Below are positions 18,755 to 28,358 of a stretch of 64,000 nucleotides of DNA, piece after piece (position 1 is the stretch's first letter; each line of letters starts with the position of its first letter). The position numbers and the translations under genes were made by a program. Under the pieces are notes generated by a model. That model saw only the letters and a list, made by a program, of their open reading frames with translations. It had not been told where the DNA came from and made no database searches. The DNA comes from Alphaproteobacteria bacterium (lineage in GTDB: Bacteria > Pseudomonadota > Alphaproteobacteria > CALKHQ01): contig CBDDFZ010000001.1 in the NCBI GenBank assembly GCA_965227515.1, positions 3,264,001 through 3,328,000 of the forward strand, given 5' to 3'.

Positions 18755-19408
18755 TCAGGATACGTGATCGGTGAATACCAGCTCGATGTACTCCACATCG
18801 CCGGGGTCTATGGTGTTGGGCCCACCGGTCTGTTCCATATAGAGCATCAGGTAGACGCGATCGGCGCCGTCGATCAGGTTCTCGTCCCGGCCGAGGTCGC
18901 GGATGTCGGCCACGAACCGCCCCATCGACGCTGCGTCGGAGGCATTGAACCGCTCCTCGACCAGATAGTTGTGGGTCACCGGCATGCCGGCTTCCAGGCC
19001 TTGCAGCGTATACAGGATGTCGTGGCCGCCGGCGGGCTCCGCGTAGCCGCCGCCCGCGAACGCATCCGCATTGGTGTACGCCGCATCCTGTCGCAGCATG
19101 TCGAGCAGGGCCAGGTCGTCGGTGGCAACGATCCGCAGCGCCGGAAAGTCGCCGCCGGCGTGCTTCCATATCTCGCGCGGCAGCCGGATGGTGAATGGCG
19201 CGCGTTCCAGCATGACGACAGCATAGCCGTCCGCCTTCGTGGTCAGCGCCTGGATCAGGCCGTCCTGCCAGATCTCGAGGCCGAGGGTCCGCGTGCTGGC
19301 GCCCACTTGGCCTTGCGCCAAGGCCGACCCGGCGGACGCCATCGCTGCCGCGGTGGCAGCCGCCGCCACGCCGATCCGCGCGAATTCCCGCCTGCCTAGA
19401 ATGCCCAT
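18755..19408 (-). CDS. Hypothetical Tat-exported protein
   Basis: GRREF twin-arginine motif and ALA cleavage site; paralogue of 19495-20142. Confidence 0.75.
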   Translation of the reverse strand: MGILGRREFARIGVAAAATAAAMASAGSALAQGQVGASTRTLGLEIWQDGLIQALTTKADGYAVVMLERAPFTIRLPREIWKHAGGDFPALRIVATDDLALLDMLRQDAAYTNADAFAGGGYAEPAGGHDILYTLQGLEAGMPVTHNYLVEERFNASDAASMGRFVADIRDLGRDENLIDGADRVYLMLYMEQTGGPNTIDPGDVEYIELVFTDHVS

Positions 19409-19494
19409 CCCATACCCCGCAAGATCATTGGCCGTGCGGCCAGATCCCACAGACATGGGGCAATTCTGTGGCTCAGCGGCCTTTGGGCTAATGC

Positions 19495-20142
19495 CTATTG
19501 AAATGTGACGGTGACGTAGTCGAGGTCGCCGGACGGCAGAGCGCCGGTGTCGTACGACTGCGGCTGCGATGGCATGTAGAAGACGATATGCAGGGCATCT
19601 GTCGTCGCCATCAGGTCTACATTGCGTTCCGGATCGATCACGCTGGCCACCTGGCGGCCGAGATGGGTGTCGGTACTGGCATTGAACCGATCCTCAGCCA
19701 CGTAGTTGGTGCCGCGAAATTCGCCATCCGATGGATCGCCGACGGTAAACAGGATGTCGTGGCCGCCGTCCGGCTCCGCGTAACCGCTCGCTGCGTAGAA
19801 CGGCGATTCGGCGATCGGCGTGCCGGGGGGCAGCAGGTCGAACAATCGCGGGTGTTCGGAAACCGCCACCATCAGGGCGGGTTGGTGGTCCTGGGTGACA
19901 AACCACGCCGCCCAGGTCTTGTGGGTCAGCCTGATCGTGAAGGGCTCTCGGTCGAGCGACACGGTCGCGCGCAAATCCGTATCGACCGTCAAGGGCACGC
20001 GCGTGCCGTGCTGCCAGAATTCTGTGCGCAATTGCGGCGTAGAAGACGCCAACTGCTGGTCGGCCTCGGCACTGGATGCACCAGCCAGAACGACCGCGAT
20101 CGCCGCCAGGGTCTGCGCAATCAGCGTGCGAAGCATGTTCAC
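19495..20142 (-). CDS. Hypothetical Sec-exported protein
   Basis: Signal peptide ending AEA; shares GYAEPxGGHDIL and NYxxExRFNAS with its neighbour. Confidence 0.75.
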   Translation of the reverse strand: MNMLRTLIAQTLAAIAVVLAGASSAEADQQLASSTPQLRTEFWQHGTRVPLTVDTDLRATVSLDREPFTIRLTHKTWAAWFVTQDHQPALMVAVSEHPRLFDLLPPGTPIAESPFYAASGYAEPDGGHDILFTVGDPSDGEFRGTNYVAEDRFNASTDTHLGRQVASVIDPERNVDLMATTDALHIVFYMPSQPQSYDTGALPSGDLDYVTVTFQ

Positions 20143-20195
20143 GTCCCCTCACACCATCATTAGACCGACCTCGTGGGCGGACGATCTGCCCGGCC

Positions 20196-21434
20196 CTATC
20201 GGTCCATCAGCGACAGCACCGTCTGCAGCAGTACGTTGGCGCCGGCGGCGCAGTCCTCGCGGCTGGCCGCCTCGACCTCGTTGTGGCTGATGCCGTCGAC
20301 GCACGGCACGAACACCATGCCGGTCGGCACCACGGCATTGAGCTGGCAGGCATCGTGGCCGGCGCCGCTGATGATCTCGCGCCGGCTGTAGCCGCACGCA
20401 TCGGCCGCGGCCGCCACCGCCGCCACGCAGTCGGCATCGAACACCACCGGCGGCTTGTCCCAGATCTGGGTGATGTCGATCTCGACCCCACGTTCGTCGG
20501 CGATCTTGGCGGCCGCCGACCGGAATGCTTGGTCCATGGCCGACAGCGCTTCTGAGTCCGGGTGGCGCAGGTCGACGGAGATGTCGACCCGGCCCGGAAC
20601 CGTGTTACGCGATCCCGGCTGGATGTCGGCGAAACCGATGGTGGCGACGCCATCCGGGCCGTTGTCCTTGGCCGCCCCCTCGATGGCCAGCGACAGCGCG
20701 CTCATTGCCATCAGCGCGTCGCGGCGCAGCGGCATCGGCGTGGTGCCGGCATGGCGGTCCTCGCCGGTGATGACGACGTCGTACCACATCTGTCCCTGCG
20801 CGCCGGTGACGACGCCGATGGTGATGTCCTCGGCCTCCAGGATCGGTCCCTGCTCGATGTGCAGCTCGACGAAGGCGCTCAGCTTCATCGCGCCCACCGG
20901 GTCGGCCCCGCGATAGCCGATCTCCTCCAGGGCCCCGGCCATGGTGGTGCCGTCGCGGTCGGTGCGGCTGTCGGCGTATTCCTGGTCGAACAGCTCGGCA
21001 TAGACGCCCGACGCGATCATCGCCGGGGCGAAACGCGAGCCCTCCTCGTTGGTCCAGTCGACCAGGCAGACCGGATAACGGGTTTCGATGCCGGCGTCGT
21101 TCAGGGTGCGGATGACCTCCAGCCCGGCGAGCACGCCCAGGATGCCGTCGAACTTGCCGCCGGTCGGCTGGGTGTCCAGGTGCGAGCCGAAGCCGATCGG
21201 CGCCAGCGAGGGGTCGGTGCCGGGCCGGATCGCGAAGATGTTGCCGAGCGCGTCGACGCGGACCTCGCAGCCGGCGTCCTTCGCCGCCGCGACCAGCCAG
21301 TCGCGCACCTGGCGGTCGAGATCGGTCAGCGCCAGCCGGCAGATGCCGCCCTTCGGCGTCTTGCCGATCTCGGCGGTATCCATCAGCGTGTCCCACAACC
21401 GCGCGGGATCGATCCGTAAGTTCGATTGGTGCAT
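20196..21434 (-). CDS. Zn-dependent M20 hydrolase (N-carbamoyl-L-amino-acid/allantoate amidohydrolase family)
   Basis: GSHLDTQPTGGKFDG, NEEG.RF, ELHIEQGP, HAGTTPM, SGAGHDA, SHNEVE. Confidence 0.93.
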   Translation of the reverse strand: MHQSNLRIDPARLWDTLMDTAEIGKTPKGGICRLALTDLDRQVRDWLVAAAKDAGCEVRVDALGNIFAIRPGTDPSLAPIGFGSHLDTQPTGGKFDGILGVLAGLEVIRTLNDAGIETRYPVCLVDWTNEEGSRFAPAMIASGVYAELFDQEYADSRTDRDGTTMAGALEEIGYRGADPVGAMKLSAFVELHIEQGPILEAEDITIGVVTGAQGQMWYDVVITGEDRHAGTTPMPLRRDALMAMSALSLAIEGAAKDNGPDGVATIGFADIQPGSRNTVPGRVDISVDLRHPDSEALSAMDQAFRSAAAKIADERGVEIDITQIWDKPPVVFDADCVAAVAAAADACGYSRREIISGAGHDACQLNAVVPTGMVFVPCVDGISHNEVEAASREDCAAGANVLLQTVLSLMDR

Positions 21435-21512
21435 CAGCCCCTCCAGCAGTTGCCCCTCTTGGCAAGTGCTGGGGGATGAGACAGGTTCAGCGTGGGCCGG
21501 TCAAGGCAGTAG

Positions 21513-22778
21513 CTAACCTGTTACGGCGTGGCGAATGGCCTGTTGCAGGTCGCGGATCAGGTCGTCGGGCGTTTCCAGCCCCACAGACAGCCGGATCAGG
21601 CCATCGGTGACGCCGATTTCCGCCCGGCCCTCCGGCCCCATTGCCCGATGGGTGGTGGTGGTCGGGTGGGTGATCAGGCTCTTGGTATCGCCCAGGTTGT
21701 TGGAGATCGAAATCAGGCTCAGCGCGTTGAGCAGGCGGAACGCCGCCGGCTGCCCGCCCTCGATCTCGAAGCTCAGCACGGTGCCGGCGCCGCTCATTTG
21801 CTTGCTCGCCAGCTTGTGCTGCGGGTGGCTTTCCAGGCCCGGATAGAGCACGCGGCGGATGCCCTCTATGCCTTCCAGCGCCTGGGCGATGGTCAGCGCG
21901 GATGCGGCCTGGCGCTCGACCCTGAGCGTGAGCGTCTCCATGCCTTTCAGCAGCACCCAGGCATTGAACGGGCTCAGCGCCGGCCCGGTATGCCGCATGA
22001 ACGGCTGCAACTGGTCGTCGATGAACGACTTGGTCCCAAGGATCGCGCCGCCGAGGCAGCGGCCCTGCCCGTCGATGTGCTTGGTGGCGGAATAGACCAC
22101 CACGTCGGCGCCCAGATTGAACGAGCGCTGCAGGATGGGCGTGGCGAACACGTTGTCGACGATCAGGTTGGCGCCCTTGGCATGGGCGATGTCGGCAACC
22201 GCGGCGATGTCGATCAACTCCAGCGTCGGGTTGGCCGGGGATTCCAGGAACAGGCAGCGCGTGCGGTCGGTCACCGCCGCGCGCCACTGGTCTAGGTCCG
22301 GGCCGTCGACCAGCGTCGTGCGCACGTCGTAGCGCGGCAATATCTGCGTCAGGATGTGGTGGCAGGAGCCGAAAAGCGCCTTGGAAGCAACGACTTCGTC
22401 GCCAGCCTTCAATTGGCACATCAGCGACATGAAGACCGCCGCCATGCCCGACGAGGTGGCGAAACACGCCTCCGCGCCGTCCAGCAGCGCAAGCCGGTCC
22501 TCGAACATTTTGACCGTCGGGTTGCCGTAGCGCGAGTAGATGTAGCCGTCGGCCTCGCCCTTGAACCGGGCTTCCGCCTGCTCCGCCGTCTCGTAGACGA
22601 AGCCGGAATTGAGGAACAGGGCCTCGCTGGTCTCGCCGAAGCCTGAGCGCTGGGTGCCGCCGCGCACCAGCAGTGTTTCCATGCCCAGCGGATGCGGTGT
22701 CAGGTCGGCCATCTCGTTCATCTCGTTATCGGCCGCGCTACCGTCCAGGCCGTCGTCCAGTTCGATGGCTGCACTCAT
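21513..22778 (-). CDS. metZ: O-succinylhomoserine sulfhydrylase
   Basis: ETSEALFLNSGFVY, YSRYGNPTV, PLP lysine in YSATKHIDGQGR. Confidence 0.92.
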   Translation of the reverse strand: MSAAIELDDGLDGSAADNEMNEMADLTPHPLGMETLLVRGGTQRSGFGETSEALFLNSGFVYETAEQAEARFKGEADGYIYSRYGNPTVKMFEDRLALLDGAEACFATSSGMAAVFMSLMCQLKAGDEVVASKALFGSCHHILTQILPRYDVRTTLVDGPDLDQWRAAVTDRTRCLFLESPANPTLELIDIAAVADIAHAKGANLIVDNVFATPILQRSFNLGADVVVYSATKHIDGQGRCLGGAILGTKSFIDDQLQPFMRHTGPALSPFNAWVLLKGMETLTLRVERQAASALTIAQALEGIEGIRRVLYPGLESHPQHKLASKQMSGAGTVLSFEIEGGQPAAFRLLNALSLISISNNLGDTKSLITHPTTTTHRAMGPEGRAEIGVTDGLIRLSVGLETPDDLIRDLQQAIRHAVTG

Positions 22779-22789
22779 GGCATGCTCCT

Positions 22790-23227
22790 TCATTGCTGGA
22801 TCCACGGCAAGCCGGCGGCCTGCCAGCCGGATGCGCTGCCGCGATGGCGCTGCTGGTCGAGCGGGCCTTCGAACCCGTCGGCGACGTTGTAGGCGTGGGC
22901 GAAGCCGCCATGGGCGAGCGCGATGGCCGCCGCCCGCGACCGGGCGCCCGAGCGGCACAGCAGCAGGATGGTCTGGTCCGGCGACAACCCCTTGTCCTGC
23001 AATGCCTTGGCGAAGTCGGGGTGGGTCTCCATGCGCGGGTAGGACTGCCAGCATTCGAACACCGGCGACTTGCCGATGTCGCTGAGATCGGGCACGCCGA
23101 CGAACTGCCATTCCGGCACCGTGCGCACGTCCACCAGCACGGCGTTGGGGTCGGCCTTCAGGCGCTCGAACGCCTCCACGGACGACAGGTCGCCGGCATA
23201 GTCGCCCGCGCGATCATCCATCGACAT
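22790..23227 (-). CDS. Rhodanese-like sulfurtransferase
   Basis: LVDVRT..EW, CRSGARS, GWQAAGLPW. Confidence 0.9.
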   Translation of the reverse strand: MSMDDRAGDYAGDLSSVEAFERLKADPNAVLVDVRTVPEWQFVGVPDLSDIGKSPVFECWQSYPRMETHPDFAKALQDKGLSPDQTILLLCRSGARSRAAAIALAHGGFAHAYNVADGFEGPLDQQRHRGSASGWQAAGLPWIQQ

Positions 23228-23989
23228 CTACTGCATCCCCCAATTGTGGATGCCGCACTCGGTCTTGTCGGCCCCACGCCAGCGACCCGCGCGGGCATCC
23301 TCCCCAGGCGCCACGCGGTCGGTGCAGGTGTAGCAGCCGATGGACACGAACCCGTCGGCCACCAACGGGTGGCGCGGCAGGTCGTGGGCATCCATGTAGC
23401 GGTCCACCGCGGCGCGGGTCCAACCGGCCAGTGGATTGACCTTCACCCGCAGGCCATCGCTCTCGAACGCCGGCAGCAGCGCCCGCGACGCGGTCTGATA
23501 GCCCTTGCGTCCGGAAATCCAGGCATCGAAACCGTTCAAGCCTGCGCGCAGCGGCTGCACCTTGCGGATGTTGCAGCACCGGTCCGGGTCGTCGCGGAAC
23601 AGGAAGCCGTTGCCATCCGCTTCCGCCACCTGCACGGCGTCGGGCTGGACCGTCCGCACGTCGGTGAGGCCCAGTTGGTCGATCAGCCGGTCGCGGTAGG
23701 CGAGCGTCTCGCCGAACATCTTGCCGCTGTCGACGAAAACCACCGGCAGCGACGGGTCGATGCGCGAGACCATGTGCAGCAGCACGGCGGAATCGGCACC
23801 GAAGGAGGAGACCAGCGCGATCCGGCCGGGGAACTCGTCGCGGATCGCGGTCCGCAGCACGTCCTCGGCGTCCTGCTTGCCGTGCAGCAATTCCAGCTCG
23901 AAGGCCTCGTTGGCCAAATTGGCGCGGCGCTCGATATCCGGGAACGGCCACTCGACGGCTGGCGTTGCAGGGGCGATTTCTGTGTGCAT
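23228..23989 (-). CDS. cysH: APS/PAPS reductase with [4Fe-4S]-type Cys motif
   Basis: SSFGADS, CC..RK, SIGCYTCT, GRW..KTECGIH. Confidence 0.93.
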   Translation of the reverse strand: MHTEIAPATPAVEWPFPDIERRANLANEAFELELLHGKQDAEDVLRTAIRDEFPGRIALVSSFGADSAVLLHMVSRIDPSLPVVFVDSGKMFGETLAYRDRLIDQLGLTDVRTVQPDAVQVAEADGNGFLFRDDPDRCCNIRKVQPLRAGLNGFDAWISGRKGYQTASRALLPAFESDGLRVKVNPLAGWTRAAVDRYMDAHDLPRHPLVADGFVSIGCYTCTDRVAPGEDARAGRWRGADKTECGIHNWGMQ

Positions 23990-23994
23990 CCGCC

Positions 23995-24501
23995 CTACTC
24001 CGCCGCGCGCCCGCGATGGCGCAACTGCCAGACCGGCGCGCGCGTGTCGGCCGCGGGCTGGTACCAGACGGTGAATTCGCGCAGCGCCGCGACATAGTCG
24101 TCGGGCGAGAACTCCGCCGGCACCGCGAACGCATCGAAACCGCAGCGGTGCATGAACAGCAACTGGTCGCGCAGCACGTTGCCGACCGCGCGCAGCTCGC
24201 CGCGATAGTCCATCCGGTCGCGCAGGATGCGGGCGTGGGAATAGGAGCGCCCGTCCTTGAACTGCGGGAATTCCAGCGCCACCGCGTTGAACTGGTCGAT
24301 GTCCTCGGCGAACGGCTCCGGCGACTGGTCGGACCGCAGCCACAGGCCGACCGGCCCCATGCGGTCCAGCAGGCGGTCGCGCGCCTCCGCCCAAACTTCG
24401 GCGGTCACGAAGATCGGGCCGTCGGTATCGTCGATGTCCGCAACATCGCCCACGAAGGTGAATTCGTCGACGTCGCGGCGTCCGTCCTTAATCAGTTGCA
24501 T
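23995..24501 (-). CDS. DUF934 family protein
   Basis: FPQFKDGRSYS.ARILR, ELRAVGNVLRDQ, RCGFD; position between cysI and cysH. Confidence 0.88.
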   Translation of the reverse strand: MQLIKDGRRDVDEFTFVGDVADIDDTDGPIFVTAEVWAEARDRLLDRMGPVGLWLRSDQSPEPFAEDIDQFNAVALEFPQFKDGRSYSHARILRDRMDYRGELRAVGNVLRDQLLFMHRCGFDAFAVPAEFSPDDYVAALREFTVWYQPAADTRAPVWQLRHRGRAAE

Positions 24502-26143
24502 AAAGCCGCTCCTTGAAAGGCGCCAATCCGACGCGCGCGTAGGTGTCGACGAAGGTCTCGCCCTCGCCGCGCTGCGCCAGATAGGTCTCGATGATGGTCT
24601 CGATGGCGTCGGGCACCTCTTCGGCGCCGAAGGCCGGGCCCACGATCTCGCCAATGGCAGCGCCCTCGTCGGCACGGCCGCCCAGCGTGATCTGGTAGAA
24701 CTCGACCCCCTTCTTGTCGACGCCCAGGATACCGATGTTGCCGACATGGTGATGGGCGCAGGCGTTGATGCAGCCCGAGATGTTCAGCGTGATCGGGCCG
24801 ATCTCGTGCTGGCGCTCCAGGTCGGCGAACCGCTGGCTGATCGCCTGGGCGATCGGGATCGAGCGCGCGTTGGCCAGTGCGCAATAGTCCAGGCCCGGGC
24901 ACGCGATGATGTCGCTCAGCAGCCCGAAGTTCGGGGTTGCGAGCTGGTGCGCCTTCAGCGCCTGCCAGACCGCGAACACATCGTCCTGGCGCACATGGGG
25001 CAGCACCAGGTTCTGCTCATGCGCGATCCGGATCTCGGAAAAGCTGTAGTCGTCGGCCAGTGCGGCCACCGCGTCCATCTGGGCGTCGGTCGCGTCGCCT
25101 GGAATGCCGCCGATGGGCTTCAGCGAGATGTTGACGATGGCGTAGCCGTCGACCTTGTGGGCTTTGACGTTGGCACGGCACCACAGGTCGAAGTCTTCGT
25201 GGTCGCGGCGCGCCGCCTCGAAGACCTGCGACCGCGCCGGCAACGCCGCGAACTCCGGCGGCGCGAAATAGGCGGCGATCCGCGCGTATTCCTCCGCCGG
25301 CAGGTCGATGGCGGTGTCGCGCAGGTGCTGCCACTCCTCCTCCACCATGCGGGAAAATTCTTCCGCGCCAACGTGTTGGACCAGGATCTTGATCCGCGCC
25401 TTGTAGATGTTGTCGCGCCGGCCGAGCTGGTTGTAGACCCGCATGATCGCTTCCAGGTACGACAGCAGATACGGCTCCGGCAGGAAGTCTCGGATCAGCT
25501 CGGCGACAATCGGCGTGCGCCCCTGGCCGCCGCCGACATAGACTTCGTAGCCGCGCTCCCCGGCGTCGTTCTCCACCAGCTTCAGGCCGATGTCGTGCAG
25601 CTTGATCGCCGCGCGGTCGGTCGGCGCCGCCGTCACCGCGATCTTGAACTTGCGCGGCAGGAACGAGAATTCCGGGTGCAGGGTCGACCACTGCCGAATG
25701 ACCTCCGACGGCACCCGGCTGTCGGCAAGCTCGTCCGCCGCCGCGCCGGCGAACTGGTCGGCGGTGACGTTGCGGATGCAGTTGCCGCTGGTCTGGATGG
25801 CGTGCATCTCGACTTCGGCCAGCTCGTCCAGAATGTCCGGCGTCTCGTCCAGCTTCGGCCAGTTGTACTGGATGTTTTGCCGGGTCGTGAAATGGCCGTA
25901 ACCCTTGTCGTACTGGCGCGCGATGTGGGCCAGCTTGCGCATCTGTGTCGACGACAGGGTGCCGTAGGGCACCGCCACCCGCAGCATGTAGGCGTGGAGT
26001 TGCAGGTAGAGGCCGTTCATCAGCCGGAGCGGCTTGAACTCGTCCTCGCTCAGCTCGCCGTTCAGGCGGCGCGCCACCTGGCCGCGAAACTGGTCGACCC
26101 GCTCGCGCACGAACTGGTGGTCGAATTCGTCGTACCTATACAT
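24488..26143 (-). CDS. cysI: Sulfite/nitrite reductase hemoprotein
   Basis: MNGLYLQLHAYMLR, TTRQNIQ, LPRKFK, siroheme/Fe-S ligands CPGLDYC and SGCINAC. Confidence 0.93.
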   Translation of the reverse strand: MYRYDEFDHQFVRERVDQFRGQVARRLNGELSEDEFKPLRLMNGLYLQLHAYMLRVAVPYGTLSSTQMRKLAHIARQYDKGYGHFTTRQNIQYNWPKLDETPDILDELAEVEMHAIQTSGNCIRNVTADQFAGAAADELADSRVPSEVIRQWSTLHPEFSFLPRKFKIAVTAAPTDRAAIKLHDIGLKLVENDAGERGYEVYVGGGQGRTPIVAELIRDFLPEPYLLSYLEAIMRVYNQLGRRDNIYKARIKILVQHVGAEEFSRMVEEEWQHLRDTAIDLPAEEYARIAAYFAPPEFAALPARSQVFEAARRDHEDFDLWCRANVKAHKVDGYAIVNISLKPIGGIPGDATDAQMDAVAALADDYSFSEIRIAHEQNLVLPHVRQDDVFAVWQALKAHQLATPNFGLLSDIIACPGLDYCALANARSIPIAQAISQRFADLERQHEIGPITLNISGCINACAHHHVGNIGILGVDKKGVEFYQITLGGRADEGAAIGEIVGPAFGAEEVPDAIETIIETYLAQRGEGETFVDTYARVGLAPFKERLYATD

Positions 26144-26462
26144 TAGCGGCGCCCCACTCCTCGGGCTGGCGGCACAGGTCGGGCCGCACGGTCGGGCCGT
26201 TGATGCGAATGCGCTCGCGCAGGCGCTCCGGCGTGCGCGCGCCTTCCACCGCATCGATGCCGATCAGATATGGCCCGGCGACTTCGGTGCGCTCGTCTTC
26301 AAGCGCGCGTCCCAGCAATGCCTCGCCAGCTTCCTTGCCCTCGGCGGTCGCGGCATCGCTGCGCTGGTCGCTCCAAACGCCGTCGGACGTGAAATAGACG
26401 ACCAGACCATCGGTCAGCCGGTTGGCGGTGACGATCTGCACCGCCGGTGTCTTCGCTGCCAT
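26136..26462 (-). CDS. DUF2849 family protein
   Basis: TANRLTDGLVVY...LRERIR..GPT. Confidence 0.88.
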   Translation of the reverse strand: MAAKTPAVQIVTANRLTDGLVVYFTSDGVWSDQRSDAATAEGKEAGEALLGRALEDERTEVAGPYLIGIDAVEGARTPERLRERIRINGPTVRPDLCRQPEEWGAANV

Positions 26463-26472
26463 CGGCCGCCCC

Positions 26473-27888
26473 CTATTCCGCGGCCAGCGGCTGGTGCGCC
26501 AGGTCGGCCACCGCCGCCCGGCTTGCCGCCGCCTGCACCACCGAGCCGATCACGATCAGGGTCGGCGGCCGCACGTCGTTGTCCTCGATCAGGGCGCCGA
26601 GGCCAGCCAGCTCGCCGAAGATGCGGCGCTCGTCCGGCAGCGACCCGCGCTCGACCAGCGCCACCGGCGTGTTGGCAGGCAGGCCGTTCTCGATCAGCCG
26701 CTGGGCGATGGTCTCGGCCGCCGCGACGCCCATGTAGACGACGATGGTCTGGCCCGGGCGCGCCAGCGCGGCCCAGTCATAGTCGCAGTCGCTGCCTTCC
26801 TTGCCCTGGCCGCTCAGAAAGGTGACGGCCGACGCATGGTCGCGGTGGGTCAGCGGAAACCCGCCGATGGCCGCGCACGCCGTGGCCGCCGTGATACCGG
26901 GCACGATGTCGACGTCGATATTGCGCGCGGTCAGGAACGCGACCTCCTCGCCGCCGCGCCCGAACACGAACGGGTCGCCGCCCTTCAGCCGCACCACCCG
27001 CTTGCCCTGCCCGGCGAGGTCGGCGAGCAGCGCGTTGATGTCATCCTGCTTCCAGGAGTGGGTGCCCCGCGCCTTGCCGACGTAGATGCGCTCGGCGTCG
27101 CGGCGCGCCAGGTCCAGCACGTCCGGCCCGACCAGATTGTCGTAGACGATGGCATCGGCCGCGCGCAGCAGCCGATGGGCGCGCATGGTCAGCAGGTCGG
27201 CGCTGCCCGGACCGGCGCCGACGATGGCGACGCTGCCGCCGGCACCCGGCAGCAGGGACTGCCGCTCGATCTGCTCCCAGACGATGGCCTCGGCGCGATC
27301 CTCGTCGCCGGCCAACACCGCCTGGGCTGCGTCGCTTTCGAAGAACGCCTGCCAGAACGTGCGGCGCTGGCCATGGTCCTCGATGCGCTCGGCGACGATG
27401 GTGCGGAAGCGGTCGGCGAAGGCGGCCAGCCGCTCGATCTGCGGCGGCAGCAAGGCTTCGACCTGCCCGCGGATCTGCTGCGCCAGTGTCGGCGAGCAGC
27501 CGTTGGTCGAGATGCCGATGACGATATCGCCACGGTCGACGATGGACGGCACGATGAAGGTCGAGAGCGCGCGGTTGTCGACCACGTTGACCGGCACATT
27601 GCGGGCCGTCGCGGCCTCGGCCACGTGCGCGTCCAGCGCGTCGTCGCCGGTGGCGACAACTGCCAGCCTTGCCTCGTCCAGGTCGGCGGCATCGAAATCG
27701 CGGCTTTCCAGCCGGATCGCGCCCTCATACGCCCAGTCGTAGAACGCGGTCGGCGGATCGGCGGCCACCACGACCGGCTCCGCGCCGGCATTCAGCAGCA
27801 GCCTGAGCTTCGCCTCGGCCGCCGGCGTGGCGCCGACCAGCAGCACGCGCTGGTTCTGCAAATTCACGAACACGGGAAAAGCGTTCAT
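26473..27888 (-). CDS. cysG: Siroheme synthase
   Basis: N-terminal dehydrogenase/chelatase (VNVVD...FIVPSIVDR); C-terminal methyltransferase VGAGPG..LLT, RLKGGDPFVFGRGGEE. Confidence 0.93.
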   Translation of the reverse strand: MNAFPVFVNLQNQRVLLVGATPAAEAKLRLLLNAGAEPVVVAADPPTAFYDWAYEGAIRLESRDFDAADLDEARLAVVATGDDALDAHVAEAATARNVPVNVVDNRALSTFIVPSIVDRGDIVIGISTNGCSPTLAQQIRGQVEALLPPQIERLAAFADRFRTIVAERIEDHGQRRTFWQAFFESDAAQAVLAGDEDRAEAIVWEQIERQSLLPGAGGSVAIVGAGPGSADLLTMRAHRLLRAADAIVYDNLVGPDVLDLARRDAERIYVGKARGTHSWKQDDINALLADLAGQGKRVVRLKGGDPFVFGRGGEEVAFLTARNIDVDIVPGITAATACAAIGGFPLTHRDHASAVTFLSGQGKEGSDCDYDWAALARPGQTIVVYMGVAAAETIAQRLIENGLPANTPVALVERGSLPDERRIFGELAGLGALIEDNDVRPPTLIVIGSVVQAAASRAAVADLAHQPLAAE

Positions 27889-28007
27889 CGGGCAGCCCCC
27901 CAGCCAGACAGGCACGGGCCGGCGTGGCCAGACACGCCTTGCGCGCGGCCCATGCAAACGATTTCGCGGATTTCAGGTGTCGGTAGCAGGCAGGGGATTG
28001 CGCGCAT
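27885..28007 (-). CDS. Putative 40-aa leader peptide coupled to cysG
   Basis: GGAGG 6 nt before ATG; MRAIPCLLPTPEIREIVCMGRAQGVSGHAGPCLSGWGAAR; stop overlaps the cysG ATG (ATGA). Confidence 0.4.
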   Translation of the reverse strand: MRAIPCLLPTPEIREIVCMGRAQGVSGHAGPCLSGWGAAR

Positions 28008-28058
28008 GCGCCGCCTCCATAGGTTCCACATTGGGCCCACGGAGCATTCCCCGTGGCG

Positions 28059-28108
28059 CTTTAGCGATTGGTGACGCGGCTGCAAGCTGCCCGATCAAAA
28101 TCCGCGGG
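28059..28108 (-). ncRNA. SAM-II (SAM_alpha) riboswitch
   Basis: Minus strand CCGCGG ATTTTGA TCGGGCAG CTTGCAG CCGCG TCACCAATC GCTAAAG matches the P1 / UUU / UUGCA / GCUAAA pseudoknot consensus; lies upstream of the cys-metZ operon. Confidence 0.85.
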
Positions 28109-28358
28109 TCCGTAAGGAAGACCAATCCAACTGAACTGATTTCGATATAGGGGCGGTGGCGTTAACCTGTCAACACCGCCAGATCACAACGCCTTGAAGA
28201 CAAAAATTATTTGAGAGAATGGCGATAAGTTCGTGTTTCTTGAATTAAGCGCCCGGCCACGGGCCATCACCCCGGTGTCGCCAGAACAACGCCTCGTGCG
28301 CGCCATTATGATTGTGCCATAGTGACTTGGGGCACAAGGCACTGGAGGATCGGCGGCA

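Noticed and set aside
24257-28074. Long plus-strand ORFs of 629 and 550 aa
   Set aside because: Antisense shadows of cysI and cysG
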